Translations under genes and position numbers: made by a program
NCBI RefSeq assembly: GCF_037042905.1
Contig: NC_087263.1
Span: forward strand, 14,572,001 to 14,636,000
Origin: Lytechinus pictus
Lineage: Eukaryota
Direction of reading: 5' to 3'
DNA: 64,000 bases
In this document: in pieces, positions 26,001-41,000 of the stretch
Layout of the letters: every line of letters begins with the position of its first letter
How positions within the stretch are numbered: position 1 is the first letter of the stretch
The notes under the pieces: generated by a model
Database searches by the model: none
What the model saw: the letters and a program-made list of their open reading frames with translations, nothing else
What the model was told of the DNA's origin: nothing

Positions 26001-29000
26001 TACTCCGGGCTTAATTTCATCTAAGATGTACATGTAGGGTTAGGGTTGCAATGTTGGGTTTATGGTAAGGTTTAGGGTAGGGTATAGTATTAAACCCAGG
26101 CTTGAAGTTGGTCATTCGATTAGTGTGTGGAATTTTGAGCGGAGAAATTGTCACCAGAGCAAATGTCATGGAACCATACAGACATGTCAAGAGCAAGCAC
26201 CTCTACATGTTTCCGCATTAAAAAATGACACATTTTTTCATCATTCACAAAGAAACTTATTCCACAGAGTTGGTTCCTTGTGCCACGGGATGGCAGAATA
26301 CTGTGGGTTACCTACCTGTAATATGAGAGACACTGCTGGAGAAGAACTGGACATTGTTGGTAAGAACAGTAGAGAGAGTAAAGACGTACTGAGAGCCAGG
26401 ATTCAGACCTGTGATTGAGACGGGGCCAGGGGTCGTGGTCTCGATCGGGGAGATTGGCTCTCCATCATTGGGGTCATAGGTCAACACGTACTTCAGGACG
26501 GATCCCGCTTCTTCGTCCCAGTCCACGACGACGTCGGTTGAAGGATCGGGGCTGGGTTGCAGGGTTAGAAGGGCAGATCCTGACAATTCAGAGTAAAACA
26601 GAAATAATAATAATTCAATGATTTAGTGCTAAACACTATGTGTATCTATGCGCTTTGCACGTCTTTATTAAAGCTCCGGTCATTAGATCCTTGTATGTTT
26701 ATAAGCTGTGTACTTGCATTGAGTAAGTAGTATGTGGGTATCCATCGCAGCACCCGCATTCTTTGTCAATGAATTTCATCTACATTTGTCACTTTTCACC
26801 CATGTATCAAAAACAGGTATTTTTTGTGGAAAAGATAGCAAATTCCAGAACTTCATAAGTAATATTTCATACATTGTTTGAAAGAAATAATATCAGACCA
26901 AAAAAAAGGACAAAATTCTACAAATTTTTGTGTTATTTGAGGCATTTGTGTTCAGAGAACCCGAAGCAAAAGTGTTTCCCTTCATAAATGTCTGGACAGA
27001 GGACCCCCTCTATTATCTTAACAACCAACTCCAGACGGTCATCACAGCAGACCATCGAACCACTGAAAATGAGAAACTGTAATTAGTGTTTCCCCAAAAC
27101 TGAATTTTCTAATATTGACTCCCAAATGACCTTTGACCTTGGCCTAATCACCTGAATCAGACCCCATACTTACTTGTCATAACAGACAACTCCAGAGGTT
27201 CACTAAAGGTACTTGGTCCGGCCCTGGAGATGAGCAGGATTATGTACTCGGTAGCTGAAGCAAGGTTCCTCAAAACGGCACTGGTCTGATCTGGTTCGAC
27301 GGACATGGTAACTTCCTCACCACCCTCCGGAGTGTAGGTGATGTCGTAGCCGTCAACGTTACCTGAAGCAGGCGTCCAGGAGAGCGAGATCTCATCTGCT
27401 GTGACCATGGTGTCTCTGAAATTGGAAGCTTGCCGAGGAACTACAAGAAAAAGTAAAAGTGGTAACAATGATTAGCTAAAGTTAATAATTCATTCCTTCA
27501 CAACTCAGTGTTGACATTCAGAGAGCGAGATCTCATCCTCTATAACCATGGTGTCCCTAAAATTGAAGCTTGCTGAGGAACTAAAAGAAAAAAAGTAAAG
27601 TAGTGACAATGATTGGACATTTTCAGCTTCCCATACATGCAATTTTAACAGAAATAGACCATGGCCTAAATTAATCAAACTTCGGAATGCAGGGAAACAA
27701 TTCTCCCATAGGTAATACCCAGTGGCATTACATAGCATCTGCTGGTTATTGCAAAATTTTGTTCGACTCTGGATGATTTATATCCCAATGGTGTCGAATT
27801 CCCCATGAAAACACATTGTAATCTCCCTTTAACATGTAATCGTCTGTCGCCCTTAATCTATAGGTTCTCAAATTCCACAAAAAATACAACTGGGCATTGT
27901 AGCATAGCATGGGCCAGTTATCCCAGCTACGTGGAAAAGTTACAAATTGATGCTGAGGTTCGAGCCCTGGCCACCTCTTTCAGATGGTGATGTTAAAGGT
28001 CGGTCCTAGACGTAAACAATCAGATCTGATCAGTGGCGGACCGTGACCCGGAGGAGACAATTGGTTGGAGGGGCACTGTATTTTTTGTGAACAATGCTGT
28101 GCCCCTCCATTGCTTTGTCTCCTCCGGTCACAGTCCACCACTGGATCAGATTGATACACGTCTGACAAAACGAAAACACATTCCCACACAATACATATTG
28201 CAACAAATAGATATGAACTCTACCATGAACACACAAGACAAATGAGTGACTTACTAGTTCTAATGCCCAATTCATCTGAAAGAACATCAGTGTTCTTGAC
28301 TTCCACCTGGGCAATGTATAAGGTCCCTGGTATAAGATTGGTGAAGACATACTTCGTAGAACCATCTGTAATGGGTACAGTGAAAAAAAAAACGATTTAA
28401 AATAAACTTACAAATAACACAAAAATCTCTGATGCCTTATATGTATCACCACGTCTAAAATTCTTAAATGTCTTATTTTTATGGCCTCATACATACATGT
28501 ACATGTAAAAAAAAATATTGTCATACATGAAGGTATGATATGTGTTATGTCTTATTATGTCAACAAGCAATATTCTTTAAGTCTTATGCACTGTATCATC
28601 TCTATTCAACATTCTTGAATGAAAAACCATGATCATTATTACAATATAATGTATAATTAAAACAATATAAACAAACAAAGTCAGCATTTTTGTATAGAAA
28701 ATATTCAGCTTATAGAAATACTTTAACTGCTACATTGCGCAATGCAAAAAAGCAATATTACAGTGCTCAATTCCAAGCGACTTTTAATAATATTAAGGAT
28801 ACCTGGAAAGTGATCAGAAATGTTTTTAAAGCACCACTTAAGGTTTCAAAGATAAAACAGGTAATTATAAATGATCAAGTTGTGGATGATAACAGTGTTA
28901 TTGTAGAAGAGTTCAACAATTATTTTTGTAATATTGGTCCAAATTTACAGGTGGCTATTCCACCCTGTCAAAAAACCTATGTTGATTTCTTGTCTGAGCC

Positions 29001-32000
29001 TACTTTGGAAAGTCTATTTTTTTTTGCCTACAAGTGAGGAAGAGTTGACTGATGTGGTTAGATCTCTCAAAAGTAAAAAGAGCCCAGGCTGTGATAATAT
29101 TAAAAATGAACTTATTAAACATGTTATTGTAGGAATCTTGACACCTCTTACTCACATCTTTAATCTTTCAATGTCAAATGGCATTGTGCCTAGAAGCATG
29201 AAAGTTGCAAAAGTTGTGCCAATTTTTAAGAAAGGCAACCCCGAATTGTTGACCAATTATCGTCCAATTTCTTTGTTGACATCTTTTTAAAAAATCCTTG
29301 AAAAACTCATACATGCAAGGGTCATACATTTCTTTGAAAAGTCGAATATCTTTTCGAATTTTCAATTTGGGTTTCGCGAGAAGCATACAACTACACATGC
29401 CATTTTGCACTTTGTTGATAAGGTTGCCACTGCCTTGGATAATTACTTGAGCACAATTGGTATATTCTTAGATTTTTCCAAGGCTTTTGATACAGTTGAT
29501 CATGAAATTTTGCTACATAAGTTATCCCATTATGGAGTGAGAGGTGTTGCCCTTGAGTGGTTCAGAAGTTATCTCACTGACAGGAGACAATTTGTATCTT
29601 TGAATAGAATTAATTCCAGCTTGCAAACTGTTACATGTGGTGTACCTCAGGGGTCTCTTCTAGGACCTCTCTTATTCATACTGTATATAAATGATTTTCA
29701 AAATTCATAAAACAAATTATCCTTTATTTTCTTTGCTGATGATTCTAGTGTATTTTTCCTCTAACCCTGATAGAAACAGTGAATTGTGAATTTAAGAATG
29801 TTATCTTGTGGGTTCAAGCCAATAAATTATCACTTAATTTTCAAAAGACGAATTATATGCTTTTTAGCAATTCCTTAAAAATTTTGCCTGGCAATGTAAT
29901 GTTTAATGATGTCTGTCTTGAAAGAGTAACCTCAACTAAATTTCTTGGGTTAATAATTGATGAGAAATTGAACTGGAAACTCCATGTAAATCATCTCTGC
30001 AAACTGTTGTCAAAAAATACTGGTGTTATATACAAGTTGAGGTCAGTTTTCCCTAAAGAAATGTTATTTATATTATATTCCTCATTAATTGTTCCTTACA
30101 TAAACTACGGTGTGCTTGCCTGGGGCAACTCACTTAAAACGCAATTGCAAAAAATATTCATTGTTCAGAAGAGAGCTATTAGAAGTATATGTAATGTCAG
30201 TTATCGTGCCCATACAAATGTTTTATTTCATGACAATCACTTATTGAAAGTGGAAGATATTTACTTTATGCAGCTAGGATCTCTTATTACTGTATGTATG
30301 ATTTTTCAGCCCTGGCACTGATATTTAAGAAAAATAGTCAAGTACACAATTACAATACTAGACAATCTTCCACTCTCCATATATCTCGTGCAAGAACAAA
30401 ATTCACTTTGGGCACTCTAGTTTGCACTGGACCCAGGTTTTGGAATGCACTTGACCCTGACATTACACATGCTGTCAGTTCGTTCTACAGTGTTTAAACG
30501 AAAATTGAAATCTTATTTACTGAGTAACTATGGAAGTGATTCGTAAAGCCTATTTGTGTGTGTGTTATTTATTAGTTAATGCTAATTTATCAATACGTTT
30601 CATCCCCCCTTTCCCAGGCTTGGCTGGTCCCTGTCCTCATGACCCCTTTTTTGTCCCTTTTGTACATAAATGTGTCCCTCTTCTCTCCCCGCATCTCTCT
30701 TTAGTTATCATATTATATTATATTGCCATTTCTGTGTTGTTTATCTAATGTTCTTTGAATTCGTAATGAGGAACCTTAATTTACAAGCATTGCTTCACTT
30801 AGGTCTCCTCGTCTTCCTTAAATTTATTTCTTTTCTGTCTCAAGCTGTATAATGTATTTAAAAACAATGTTTTCTGCATAATCTGTTTTACGTATACCTG
30901 TATGTTTTATCATGTAACTCTGCTTATTGTTTCATACACACTTGTATGTTTGTCATGTATTCAAACTCAAAGTTGGAAGACAAATAAATGAACTGAACTG
31001 AACTGAATTTGACTTATGTGACATACTTCTTATTTACCATACGTCTTTATAGGTCAATTACATCCAAAATATATGCATGTACATACTGTATAACAAAAAT
31101 CATATGTCTAAAGTTTATTTTGCTTTTTACCATATACACTGACATGCACATGTTATGTCTTACATGTATAAAAATGCCTTTATAATAGGTCCAACAACTG
31201 TATATCTAGAATCATTAAGTCTTTCAAAGGCAAATAATTTTCAATCCCACCTACATGTATATTCATACATTTCAGATGCTTTTTGCCCCTTGCAGAAAAT
31301 ATGAAATTAAAAGCAACTAAAGTTAACTCAAATAACTTGATTTCATAACAATCAGAAGCGCATATCTTGTGCAAGATTTTTTTTTCTCTTTGCATTTAAA
31401 AAAAATGGCTATGGAATTTCTTCAATTCCAATATGCTTCCAAAAGAGGCACTCCAATTTGAAAGGGCATGGATTAAAGAACTTAAAAATATTATGAGTGA
31501 TTTATGACCTGCCTGCTAAAATACAATAAGTCACCTAAATTGATTTTCAAGATTTTTTATTGAGATTGACAAAGCGCATCCTCAGCTTTAGATATATAAA
31601 TTGTCAAAATTGATCGACAATAACTCCAACAAGTACTTGATTGACTGTAGAAGGAACTCAGAGAGAGATTCAAAGAGCAAACTTCATGAGAAGACAAGGC
31701 TTGAATTTTGGGGTTCACTCAAGCATGAGTTGTGTACACGCTGCAAACTCAGTGAAACTTCCAACCAGTCCAGAAAACAAGGGGTGTCAAAGAAACTCCT
31801 TATCCTATTAAAGTTTACAACTTCGATTTTTTTTTATGGTATGAAGAAGGATAAACTTTAACACAAGCAAATTTGGGAATTTTAATTTCTGGAGACAAAA
31901 TAACTATTATAGCTATTCAAGAGAGGGCCTTCCCTGGTTACTTATTATGGGTTTTGAGTTGGTGGGTCATATTTGATCTTACCAATTGGTATGTTGGTAG

Positions 32001-35000
32001 CCTCGATGGTTGAGCCTTCTTGTGTCAATGCCAAAGTGTATCCTGAAGAGCCCACAAGGTCTTCTTCACTGGCCGGTCCGAAGGCAACACCAATCGTCGT
32101 CTCAGTCAATGAATACGTCTCCAATGCCAGCGGATCCAGCGACACTTGATGAATAAGGCAAAAAGTATTTATGTCAATAGCAGCAATTTACTGTCAGGTA
32201 AAGGATACCAAGCAAAAGTATATTTTTTATCCTAACATTAAAGTTCCAATGACATGCTCTTGACACCAAGATCTTTATTCCATTGACTGAATGTTTGAAC
32301 AGAACCGATCATCTGTTTCATACAGCTGATGGCAAGTTACAAATAACTTTATGCATGACAGAAGACTCATTCTTGTGCTAAATAATATATCACTAAGCAG
32401 TTGAGCTAGCACCTAAAGAGCTGTTACAGTCGTTTGTAAAGTAGTTTGTAAAAGTTAAACAGCTTTATGAAGCACCTACCAGTTGAGACATCAGCCTTGG
32501 TGACTTCGCTGAGGACCTCTGTAGACTGGTCAAAGCCTGCAACGGCATAGACGGACACGATGTATTCACGATTCGGGTCCAGGTCCTGTTAAGGTTGAAA
32601 GACAGAGAAAAACAATTTTGGAATGTCTTCCTGATTTGAGGAACCATTGGTCACTTCCATGATAATAATAATAACAATACATTCTATTCATATAGTGCTT
32701 TTTCATTAGATACAAGGCGCATTAAACAAAGAAAGAAAAACAGAAACACAGTATGAAAATAAGAAAAGTATGTCCATCCCTCCCCTCTACATTTGGGACA
32801 TTCCTGGTGGGTATTTCATAAGATGTTCGTAAGTTAAGAGCGACTTTAAGAACAACTGGTGAACCTTTCTTGTCATGCTTGTGGTAAATGGTATATTGAA
32901 TTGGCGATGGTTTAGCGCGTAAAAAGGGTTCACCAATCGCTCTTAAAGTCGCTCTTAACTTACGAACAGCTTTATGAAACGGCCCCCTGGCATGATTGGT
33001 CTTTGTGCCATATTAAAAGGTGCAATGCTCTCAAATTCTCATGGCTTGAGTGGCTACTGAAAATAACCGAACCTTGATAAAATTAGGATAGGACGTACAA
33101 AAAATGATGATTATTTCATGAAATTAAGTTATTGGCTAATTAATTTTCAGGATTACTAATAGTTATTTCAAAAGGTATATTTTAAGAATAGATGTAGGTA
33201 GACAATTAGAAAGCACATGCAGTGTTGGTCATCTCACTTCACCTTCAAAGTAGAAGACATACATGTAGTATGCTCACCTCAATAAGGAGTTGTGTCGTAT
33301 CAGTATCACCTATCCTGGCTATCTGCCATTCTACATTGTCTGTGCCTGCAATGTACACTGCATAGCCATCATAAACTCCGCTCACCGGTTGGATCCAAGA
33401 AATGGCAAATGATATAGAGCTGGGATCCCCAGCCAGTTCCAGACCCCGAACAGCAAAAGGAACTATGCAAAAATAAGAAAACATAAATGCCAATATCTGG
33501 GACCAAACAGATCATTCATAAAGCAACATGAATTAAGTTTAAAATGTGATCATAATCGACAACACACAGCCGAAATTTATGCCTCAGCCATTGCCAGAAT
33601 TTTTTTTTAAAATCTAGATTAATGACCAGTGTTACCTTTGACCTTTCACTTTAAATCTACAAGATTATCTGCACTCATATGCATATTATGTAAATGAGCC
33701 ACATTTGAAATTTAACCCTCAAACAGTCCTCCAGTTATTGCAAAATTGTCCTCTGACCTTGCAAACTTTGACCTTTGTCCTTGAGACACTAAACATGTGA
33801 TACATATAATAGAAGAAACTTTGAAGTTTGTGTCTCTCAAATCATTGCAAGAACAAGTTAACAATGAATACAATGACCTCTGCAACCTTTGTCCCTCTAA
33901 GCTTGATACCCCAAAACTAATCAGATCATTTTCACTTCTGTATGCACACTTGGACCCTGTCTGAAGTTGATCAAACAAGTCTCCAGTTATCAAAAGAACC
34001 AAAATGGGAAAGAGTAATGGACAGACCAAAAACCTGCAACACGATGCCTCCTGTAAACAAAAATTCACTTGGCTGAGGCATAACAACAAAATAGGTGCAA
34101 CTTGGTGCGCTCCTAAATCATATCCATTGGGAAATAAATTTGTAATACACTGTATGAGAAAAAAAACAGACACTTCAATGAACTTGCATGACTGCCTAAA
34201 CCATTAAAGTCTGAAGGTCTTTTGACAATAACCTACTTGTTCTGACTGCCAGAGTTCCAAGTTCTTCAGGGTAGTTTACGGGCACGACGCTGACGTTGTA
34301 CAGCTGCCCGGCTTGAAGAGATCCTCTTCTGATGTCTCTATCCTGGGCGATAAGAGGTGTGGTGTCGGTTTGTCCTTCAGGGTGGAAGAAGATCCTGTAC
34401 CCACCGGGGTTGGGTGAAGAACTGGCACCCCAAGCCACCTCTAGACTATCCGTGGTCCGGTCTATGTAGATCACTTCCAGCGCACTTAGAGATTCTATAA
34501 AACAGGACAACATTAATACTCATAATAATAAAGAATATTCCTAAGGAGCTTAATCCACATGGATGTGCTCAAGTGCTGATAAGTGGAAAAAGAGAACAAA
34601 AGAGGGAAGTTACAACGGTAAGGACTGGCACCCCAAGCAACCTCTAGACTGTCCGTGGTTTGGTCTATAAAGAGCACTTCCAGTGCACTTAGAGATTATA
34701 TTATAAAGTATATATTGAGTTGCTTCCTATGGTCAAAGTAAACGTATACATGCAAACATACACCAGATTTTTTTATCAACTTTGTCTACTACTTCTCATA
34801 TTGTCTAAGGTAATCATGGGTAAGCCCACTAGGTCATCAATATGTTTAAGTAGCACCATGTGATCAAACTATCACTTGTTCTAATGCCCAGATTCTAATC
34901 TCCACTTCATCTATTTATGAAAGTAGATGAAATGGTTATGAAGTCATTGTACATGTACATTAGCTTGTTCAGCATTGTGAGCGCCTTACATGGTGACTGG

Positions 35001-38000
35001 CTGGAAAACTCCCCAGGGAGTGGAGGATGTGCATACACTGTGTACAGGAATGACTGATTGAATCAGAAAGCTGGTGTGATAGTCAATCTGTAAGCACTTA
35101 GATATGCACCGTGTATGTCTTAAATGCTGTATAAATATCCAGATAATAATCATTTATAGTCGATAAAAAACGTGTTGGAGCAAAAATAAATCAGTCTCCA
35201 ACAGGCTTAATGAGTGACATTACCAACTACTCCCTGACTGGTTACATGAGAATTGCACGGGCGACAATTGTTCTGATGGAAAATTTGCACATTAAGCAAA
35301 ACATAAAAACAAACATCAACACTAAGTCCAAATCCAAATCCTTATCTTTACATTATTCTTAACCAAAAACTATTATAATTCTAACTCTAACGCTATGCCG
35401 TCTGAGATATCAAGACTCAAGCGATTGTCGCAGGGGCAATTGTCACCGGAGCACCTTACCAGTCATTCCTTGAACTTCAGTGGGCTCACTCCGGATCAAG
35501 CTATCTCCCGTTCCCACAGTGGAATAAAGCTGGATTGAGTACTCTGTTCCCGGAAGAAGCTCATCAACTTCCCTTGAGATGTCCGTTGGCCCGAGGGCAA
35601 CCTCTGGCCTAGTCGTGCCATCGGGGTTGGTGATGACAAGAAGGAAATTGTGGTAGACTCCGAGTGTTACGTTCCAGACGACTTCAAACGACGTGACGGT
35701 GGAGGTTGGAGTCAGGACGATACTAGGCGGTACAGGTCCTGATCATACAAGAGGAAAGTCATTTATTCATTTATTCAAATATGTTGACTAGCAGCACACG
35801 ATGAAGGGATAAACTTACAAATTTAACTTTAAAAAAAAATCAGTTAATCATATAAATGATAACTGCATGAATGAAAATGATAATCATCATAAAATTAGTA
35901 GTCATAAATGTAAGTGATAATAAATCATTGACAATGGCAACAATAATATCTAGTAGAGTGGGTAGCACAAATCAAAACATGCGGCGATTTTTCTTGATAG
36001 GGATGCTTTTCCATCAAATGTAATTTTCTGATTTCAATCTTTTTAAGACACCATCAACTCTTTCCTTATCCTTATATTTTCAGTTATCATCTTATACCAC
36101 TCTTTCTCTCCCTCTCTCTCCCCTCTCCTTCTCTCTCTATCAATCCTTCCCCCCTCTCTGCACTTTATGTCTTTGTCTCTCTTATCTTGAAATACATGTT
36201 TTAATAATCTTATTCTGGGATCCCCTTGATAACCATCTTTGGCTTTGACAATCCCTCCATATTCAGATTTACATGTTTTGTTTCTTTGGTTGTGGTAGTG
36301 GTGGTGATTTTCTTTTTTTACCTGATAGCTAAGAAAGCATCAATGCCTGTAAGCAAGGAACCAGAGGATTGATGGCTTAAGGTCCTCTCCAAGGGTAATG
36401 AGGATTAATGCCCTACCAAAGGACACTAGCACACCAAGTAGGAATCAAATCCAAGTCATCAGAATCAGAAACCCCCGCTTTACCGACTGCGCTATTGTTC
36501 GTTGTACTTTGAAATTGTTAATATTGTCTACTTTTGTGGTTTTAGTCATGCCTTTTTCTGTTGTTTAATAGAATATGGGAATAAATGAAAAAGAAATACT
36601 TACGTGTCCTCTGCTCAATCTCTCCTTCTGAGTCAAGTGTGATAGCATAATTCACTCCTGGAGTTAGCATGTCAAAGGTCACACGAGCGGGAGCCGAAGG
36701 TTGCAGGTTGGCTTCCCGTTCCACTGGCGTGCTACCATCGAGGTTCCTCAAGGCTACAATGTATCCCCTAGCACCTTCTTTCTTACCAAAGATGACTGTG
36801 ATGGAATTAGTTGTGAAGGCTGTAACTGTGATCTGACCCTCATCCAAGGCAACTAGAAATTTGCAAGATAAGTGGTCAAAGAATCTATTCAATGAAAACG
36901 AAATGCATCCCAGGGAGAGGGTGCTAGATATTACAGATTTGAAATTTAATCAAAAATCAGCGGCAGGAGAATAATCAAAAAGTCACCACACTCTTATCAG
37001 ATATGCAAATTAGATGATACTTGAGTTTATTTTACATAATTGGAATTTATGAATGAATGTGCAATTGATATTAACTTTTTAAAATTGGGTAGTTGATATA
37101 CCCTCCCCCCTTCACCATGGACATTGTTGGCGATTATCAAGGGGATACTCCAGGCTGAGGATATTTATATCTAAATAAATAGAGTAAAATTCACAGAGCA
37201 AAATGCTGAAAATTTCATCAAAATCAGATAACAAATAACGAAGTTATTGAATTTTTAGGATTTGCATTATTCCATTGAAATGATAATAATAAATGATATT
37301 CATTATTCCAATGAAACAGTTCTAGGCACGTCTTCATGAATAATCATTAGGTGGGCTGATGATATCACATGCCCACTTTCCTTTTTTCTTATGTTATTAC
37401 ATGAAATCATAATTGTTTCATTTTTTCATAAATGTGTAAATGCTGTGTCGCCATTATGATGAAATAAGTTGCAGCAATAAATAAATAATGCATTTAATTA
37501 GTTATCAATCCAATTGTTTTCGTTTTTGGTAGAAAGTTTTAAATAAACCTAATTTCATACGATAAAATACAAAAGAACAAGTGGGGTTATGAAATCATCA
37601 GCCCTCCTAATGAATATTCATTAAGACATGCCTAGAACTGTTTCACCGGAATAATGCAAATCTTTAAAATGCAATAACTTTGTTATTGTTATACAATTTT
37701 GATCAAATTTTCAGCATTTTGCTCTGTGAATTTTACTCTTCACTAATTTATTGAGGTATAAATATCTTCAGCCTGGAGCATCCATTTAATTTGTAGCGCA
37801 AGAAGCTCATGGAGCGCTTACCTGTCCTGGCATCTATAGAAGCAGTCTCGCAGCTTATCAATCTTTGTGATCCGTAGATCACTGTATCGATTTCAATGGT
37901 GTAAAGGACATCAGCATCAAGTCCGGTGATAGAAAGTCGTCTTTCCTCCGACCTAGGGATTTCGTCATACTCCTGTATCATAATAATGAAGATAATAACA

Positions 38001-41000
38001 ATTTGAAAATCGTAGAATGATATACAAATAGTGAAAGTTTATGAGTGCAATGGACAGAATACTTCATTAGGTGAAGTTTGGCACGAATGAAAGAAAAATT
38101 CACTATTTGTTTTATATGAAACCTGAAAATAGATCCTTGTCATTTGAAATTCATGAATGTGGATGCACAGATTGTCACATAATTACACTGTCCATGTGAG
38201 AGTAAAGCACGTTTCAAATGCAAATGAGTCTCGGCGAGCACGCAATGGACAAAATCATATGGATCTAAAACTCTATGATGGTACATGTAGATCCTCAATA
38301 GCACGAACGATGACGTCATTGTAAAATGGGCCGAATGATCGACATCAAACAACCAATCAAATGACAAGAATCTATCTAGATATCATTAAAAAAAGGAATA
38401 TTTGATGATAAATATAACAATAAATTAATGCAAGGAATGTCAATTTCATGTAAAATATTGTGTTCACAACATTGCAAATATTGATGTAATACATAAGACA
38501 TACTTACGTTCAATATTTCATTCTTATTCATAGAAATGTGTTAGTTATTCACATTCATTAATGTATTTTTATCACAGAATGAATATTCATAGAAATACAT
38601 TACTTTCATTACAGAATGAATATTTATAGGAATACACTACTAATACTCATTACAGAATGGTCTAGCAATGTATTATTGATTACAGAATTAATTTTCACAT
38701 TCACAAATGAATATGCACCACAATTGCAACATCATTTTCTTATTGATATTCATGATGAATATATACATAATTATGATAATTGTAATTGAATCATCATTTA
38801 CATTCATACATTAAGCTTAATGTTGTTCATAATCAATAAAGACACAACATACACATTCATGAATTATTATTTTCATTTCAAAAGAAAGCATCACATTCAC
38901 AAACTAATGAATATTCACATCTGCATACTAACAAATAATGACATGCACATAGTATACATGCATGCATCAATATTTCAAATTTCATTGGCAAAGGGGCATT
39001 CGCATATTATGAACTCATGAATATGCATATAGAGTACCAAAGACATGACATCATAAATTTTTTTTTTTTGCATTTCAGATTTATTGATACCATATTTTGG
39101 TAGAGCATGATGAAAAACACCCACTACCAAAATTTGGTGGGAATCAGTCCATGGGGAGCCTTAGATATGATCGACCTCGTGAATACATAATTAGCCTCAT
39201 TGAAATCAATGTAATTTTGGCCAGGTTCTAAATGCTAGGAACCAGGCCAATAATACACTGACTTCAACGGGTCTAATTATGTATACATGATATCATATCT
39301 AAGGCCCTCATGGACTGATTCCCACCAAATTTGCCTTGTGGGGGTTTTTCATCATGCTCTACCAAAATATGGTATCAATAACGCTGAAATGCAAAAAGTG
39401 AAAATTGATGACGTTGATACTCTATTGACTTACCCTAGGCAAACCACCTTCAGATGAGATAGAGACAATGTAAGCATCAAAATTGCCGTCTACTGGTGGT
39501 ACCCACGTAATCTCGATTGTCGTGGTTGTTGTGTCACTGACGGTAATACTTCCGGGACCATTCGGACCTGTGCATGTATAAAAAAAAGTACCATTTACAT
39601 GTATAAACAAGTTTACTTCTTTTAATGTTGTCTTGAGGAAAAAGAAAGAATCTAAAGCAATATTTTTAGTTTAAATGGTTCTTCTAAAAATGCCTAAATA
39701 AGGCACAACTCTTAACCCTAAAATGGCCGGGGGGGGGGTTGAATCAACCCCCCCCCTCAACATTTTCTGCGATCATTCCGCCGCGCGAAATTTTTTGACC
39801 GCGCCACTCGCAGAGTTTATACTTTTAAGTCTCGCGCATCTTTTGAGACCAAATTTACGACGCCCGGGTACGCGGTTCCGAAATTACGCAACATTTTGTA
39901 AGTGCATATCAGACGAAAAATTGTTCCAAAACGTGATTTTGTGTACAAAGTCAATGCAAATTGAGTTTTCTCGTCTCATTCATAAAGATATGATTATTTT
40001 TACTTTGAACAGCTGAAGGCAATTGATTTTAGCATAATTATGCTTCAAAAAGGTTGTGCAATAAATCTGGTGAAAAAAACAAAGAAAAACAAAAGGTTGA
40101 AAAACAAAGAAATACATAAGAAATTCATAAAACAATAAAATACATAAGAAATTGATTTCCAAACCGAAGATTTTTTCAATTGCCATTGTTAAGAATGCTA
40201 CAAAGAATATTTTTACCAAAAATTAGCATTTTAGGAGCTTTATTTAGTGAATTAGATCAAAAAGTATGATTTATGCATAAATTAGCATAATTAATTCATA
40301 TAAAATAAAATCTCATTATTTTGGAAAATTTTACCATACAGCCTTGTAGATTACATCGCACACTACCAGCGTGCAAATTTTTGCGGCGCTCGCGCGATCG
40401 GCGGCCGAGATCTCAGGGGGGGGTTGAATCAACCCCCCCCCGGCCACAGAACAGCCAAAAAAGCCCGGCCTACATGTAGTTAGGGTTAAATTGCTTTTAT
40501 TCAGAGCTCCTTTTTTCAGTATGTATATCAATATTTTAACTTAAGCTCTTTTTTAAAGAGTGTTCACTTTTTAAGATCATACATGTACTTTGGCATTTAA
40601 ATCAACATTTAATAACCAATCTTTGAAATGTGAAATGTATAATTTTCAATCATTTTATATGTAGATAAACCAACCTGCAAAATATGCGATCTGGGTCCCG
40701 TAACACGAAGGTTAGCAAATAATTGTACGCTTGATTTTCACGATTGATTATACATTGTAGTCAATGGAATCAATCTTAGAAAAGTGTCCTACGATCATTG
40801 CTAAACTTTGTGTAACAGGCCCCTGGTTGCAATAGAACTAGAGCTAGGCCCCATCATTAAAAGAGTTGCAATTGATCCGATCAACCACTACTATGGACGG
40901 CCAGCAGCATCAACATCTAAAATGCATTTTTGTTCAAAATATTTTCTACATACATGTATGATGTATATTCACGTACAGTCATCATTCTCTTGAAGATTCA

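Noticed and set aside
26034..26082. Telomeric TTAGGG repeats
   Set aside because: Only a few degenerate units, internal to an interspersed element.
28690..30497. Reverse transcriptase as a retron, DGR or diversifying system acting on the FN3 repeats
   Set aside because: The motifs and 3' tail are those of an ordinary LINE and the ORF is broken. The partial exon copies include intron sequence and show no adenine-specific variation.
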